The position numbers and the translations under genes are program-made. The notes under the pieces were generated by a model. It saw only the letters and a list, made by a program, of their open reading frames with translations. It ran no database searches and had not been told where the DNA came from. Of a DNA stretch of 64,000 nucleotides, positions 62,122 through 64,000 are shown piece by piece (the stretch's first letter is position 1; every line of letters starts with the position of its first letter). Origin of the DNA: Chiloscyllium plagiosum (taxonomy: Eukaryota); assembly GCF_004010195.1 (NCBI RefSeq), contig NC_057718.1, forward strand, positions 100,420,965 through 100,484,964, given 5' to 3'.

Positions 62122-64000
62122 AATGCATTCTAGACTGACAGAGTGTATGTGCACGTAGTCCTGAATGAGTAAAGGAAGTAGATTAGTCCTTAACACAACT
62201 TTAAGATCAGAGCCAGGTATATCTAGGGTTACCATATAGATAGCAAGGTTTAATATTAAAATGTAATAAAGGGTTTATTTTGATCTCTAAGCTTTAAGAT
62301 AGTTCTTAATCTTGTTTTCTCCTGGACCAGCTGTCTCAAACATAATGTTTTATCAAATCACACAATTAGCGAGTTTTGAGTCATCACCACAGGAAATGAA
62401 ATCGCCAACCCAAAGAAACCCAAACATGTAAATAGGAAGCAGGAATTTTCAGCATTGCTTCGCCTGAGGCCCACTGAGGATGTTACCTAGTCTGGAAATG
62501 AACTTTCCTGCTCAGCGAGCAAACCTACATCCAAATCACACAATAAATGATGGTGGCAGTGATGGGATTCACTGCCTGGAGGATTATGGCCGCAGTGATG
62601 AGCAAGAAACAGATCTGGATCAGCTGGAAAAGAATTCCAAAAGCCATTTATTCCTGAGACCATTGCTACAGCTTTAAGAATGCTAAGCAACCAGAATAGC
62701 CATCACCAGGACACTATAAGTCTCAAAAAGCATTTTCAGGTCAGTAATAAGAGAAACAAGCCATTATAAAGCAAAGAGAGCAGCAAAAGCCCATTGCAGC
62801 GAAGGGGAGAATTCTGATGAGCACTCTCAAAAAGAGGATAATTACAGACAGCCAAGACAGATTTGATCCCTTCTGGGAAAGGACAAAACATCTTTTGGTT
62901 CCACCTGAAACCTTAGGCCGAAGACCATGCTGGAACTTCTAACTATGAGTTAAGAAATTTATGGATTATTTACTTGACAGCAACAGCGATTTAAGGTAGT
63001 TCTTCAGGTACAGGCTTAGAGAAAATCAATTGGAAAAGAAAATTTGGGAATAAGAACCATATTGCAACTTGAAAGATCAGAGCTCTGACAGTAAAGCTAG
63101 TGAAATCTTTATTTTGATGGTTTAAACGTCAAATTCAAAGTTCCATTCAACAACTGAGGAGTTTTATTGATTTCATTCATTAAAATACAAATGGTTGAAT
63201 GAAGAAAAAGGAGAATCTGATCACATGGTGTCAAATTTGGTGAAAATACCTTGGACACAGAAACAAATTGGCTCAATCATGATAGACATCTTTGATATGG
63301 TCAAAAAGGATCATCTTAACTCATTGACTGAGGCCATTTTGAGAGAGATTCTACCCATGGAATCTTGGGACATCATTCGGCCATCTTGGAAATGGAATAT
63401 CTTCATTCATCGCCATATTTGTGAAGGAAAACCAAACTTTCCATTGAAAGCCACACTTAAAACAGCTAAATAATGTAAACAACGTTCAGTTTTACAACAA
63501 AGACTCAGTAACAACTCTAACCAACTCAGAATGAATGCCACAAAACAGCACCTTATCCTGTCAACATTTCCACTGAAATTATCGACAGTGGGAGTCTGGC
63601 CTCTGTAATGCCTGATACAAGTTTGGGATTGATTATGGAGGGACTGTGGAGGGACTCCAGGCTCCCGCCCAACCACCAAAACAGTTCCTCCATATGGTGA
63701 TCCTGGAAAACCACTTTCATTAAGTCCAGGCTGCGTGCCAATGCTAATGTTTATCCGTTTGGATGGGATGTGCTGCCTTCCAGCACCAGATACAATCTTC
63801 TTGGTGCAAGCCCAGAGAGTGTGTGCTGTCTTTCCAATGTTAGATGGAGTGACGATAAGATGGAAAGTCTGCTTTCAGGTGGTTCCAGTTGGCCCCCATC
63901 ACCCAGTCAAATCATGGACTTGGTATTTTTTTTTAAATAACTGATTGTTCTGCTTTTGCTCTTTCTCAGATGTGCATTGGTTTCATGCCATGTACAGTAT

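Noticed and set aside
62814..62845. ctgatgagcactctcaaaagag as a hammerhead
   Set aside because: It lacks the GAAA half of the core.

Overview
Vertebrate genomic DNA, almost certainly from a shark, judged from HE1/V-SINEs, HER1/CR1 LINEs and Deu-domain SINEs. It is repeat-dense and looks intronic. The only host coding sequence I can support is one 252-nt, phase 0-0 internal exon (48534-48785, +) that matches isthmin-1 (ISM1) exon 2; I did not find exon 1 or exon 3. The rest is nested transposon debris: CR1, L2/CR1-like, Rex1/Babar, RTE, Penelope-like elements (PLEs), Tigger/pogo-type MITEs and solo LTRs. Three observations stand out. (1) At least 20 minimal hammerhead-ribozyme (HHR) motifs from about four PLE-terminus families occur here. 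Most sit in 95-350 bp non-coding, often fold-back, insertions with their own target-site duplications (TSDs). Two have intact cores, and some insertions captured neighbouring DNA at the ribozyme junction. (2) Two separate 1.6-1.9 kb satellites each grew inside a small transposon (a MITE and a Deu-SINE), and an unexpanded copy of each host is in the same window. (3) Several 140-210 bp tandem duplications look recent. All calls are by eye; no searches or folding were run.
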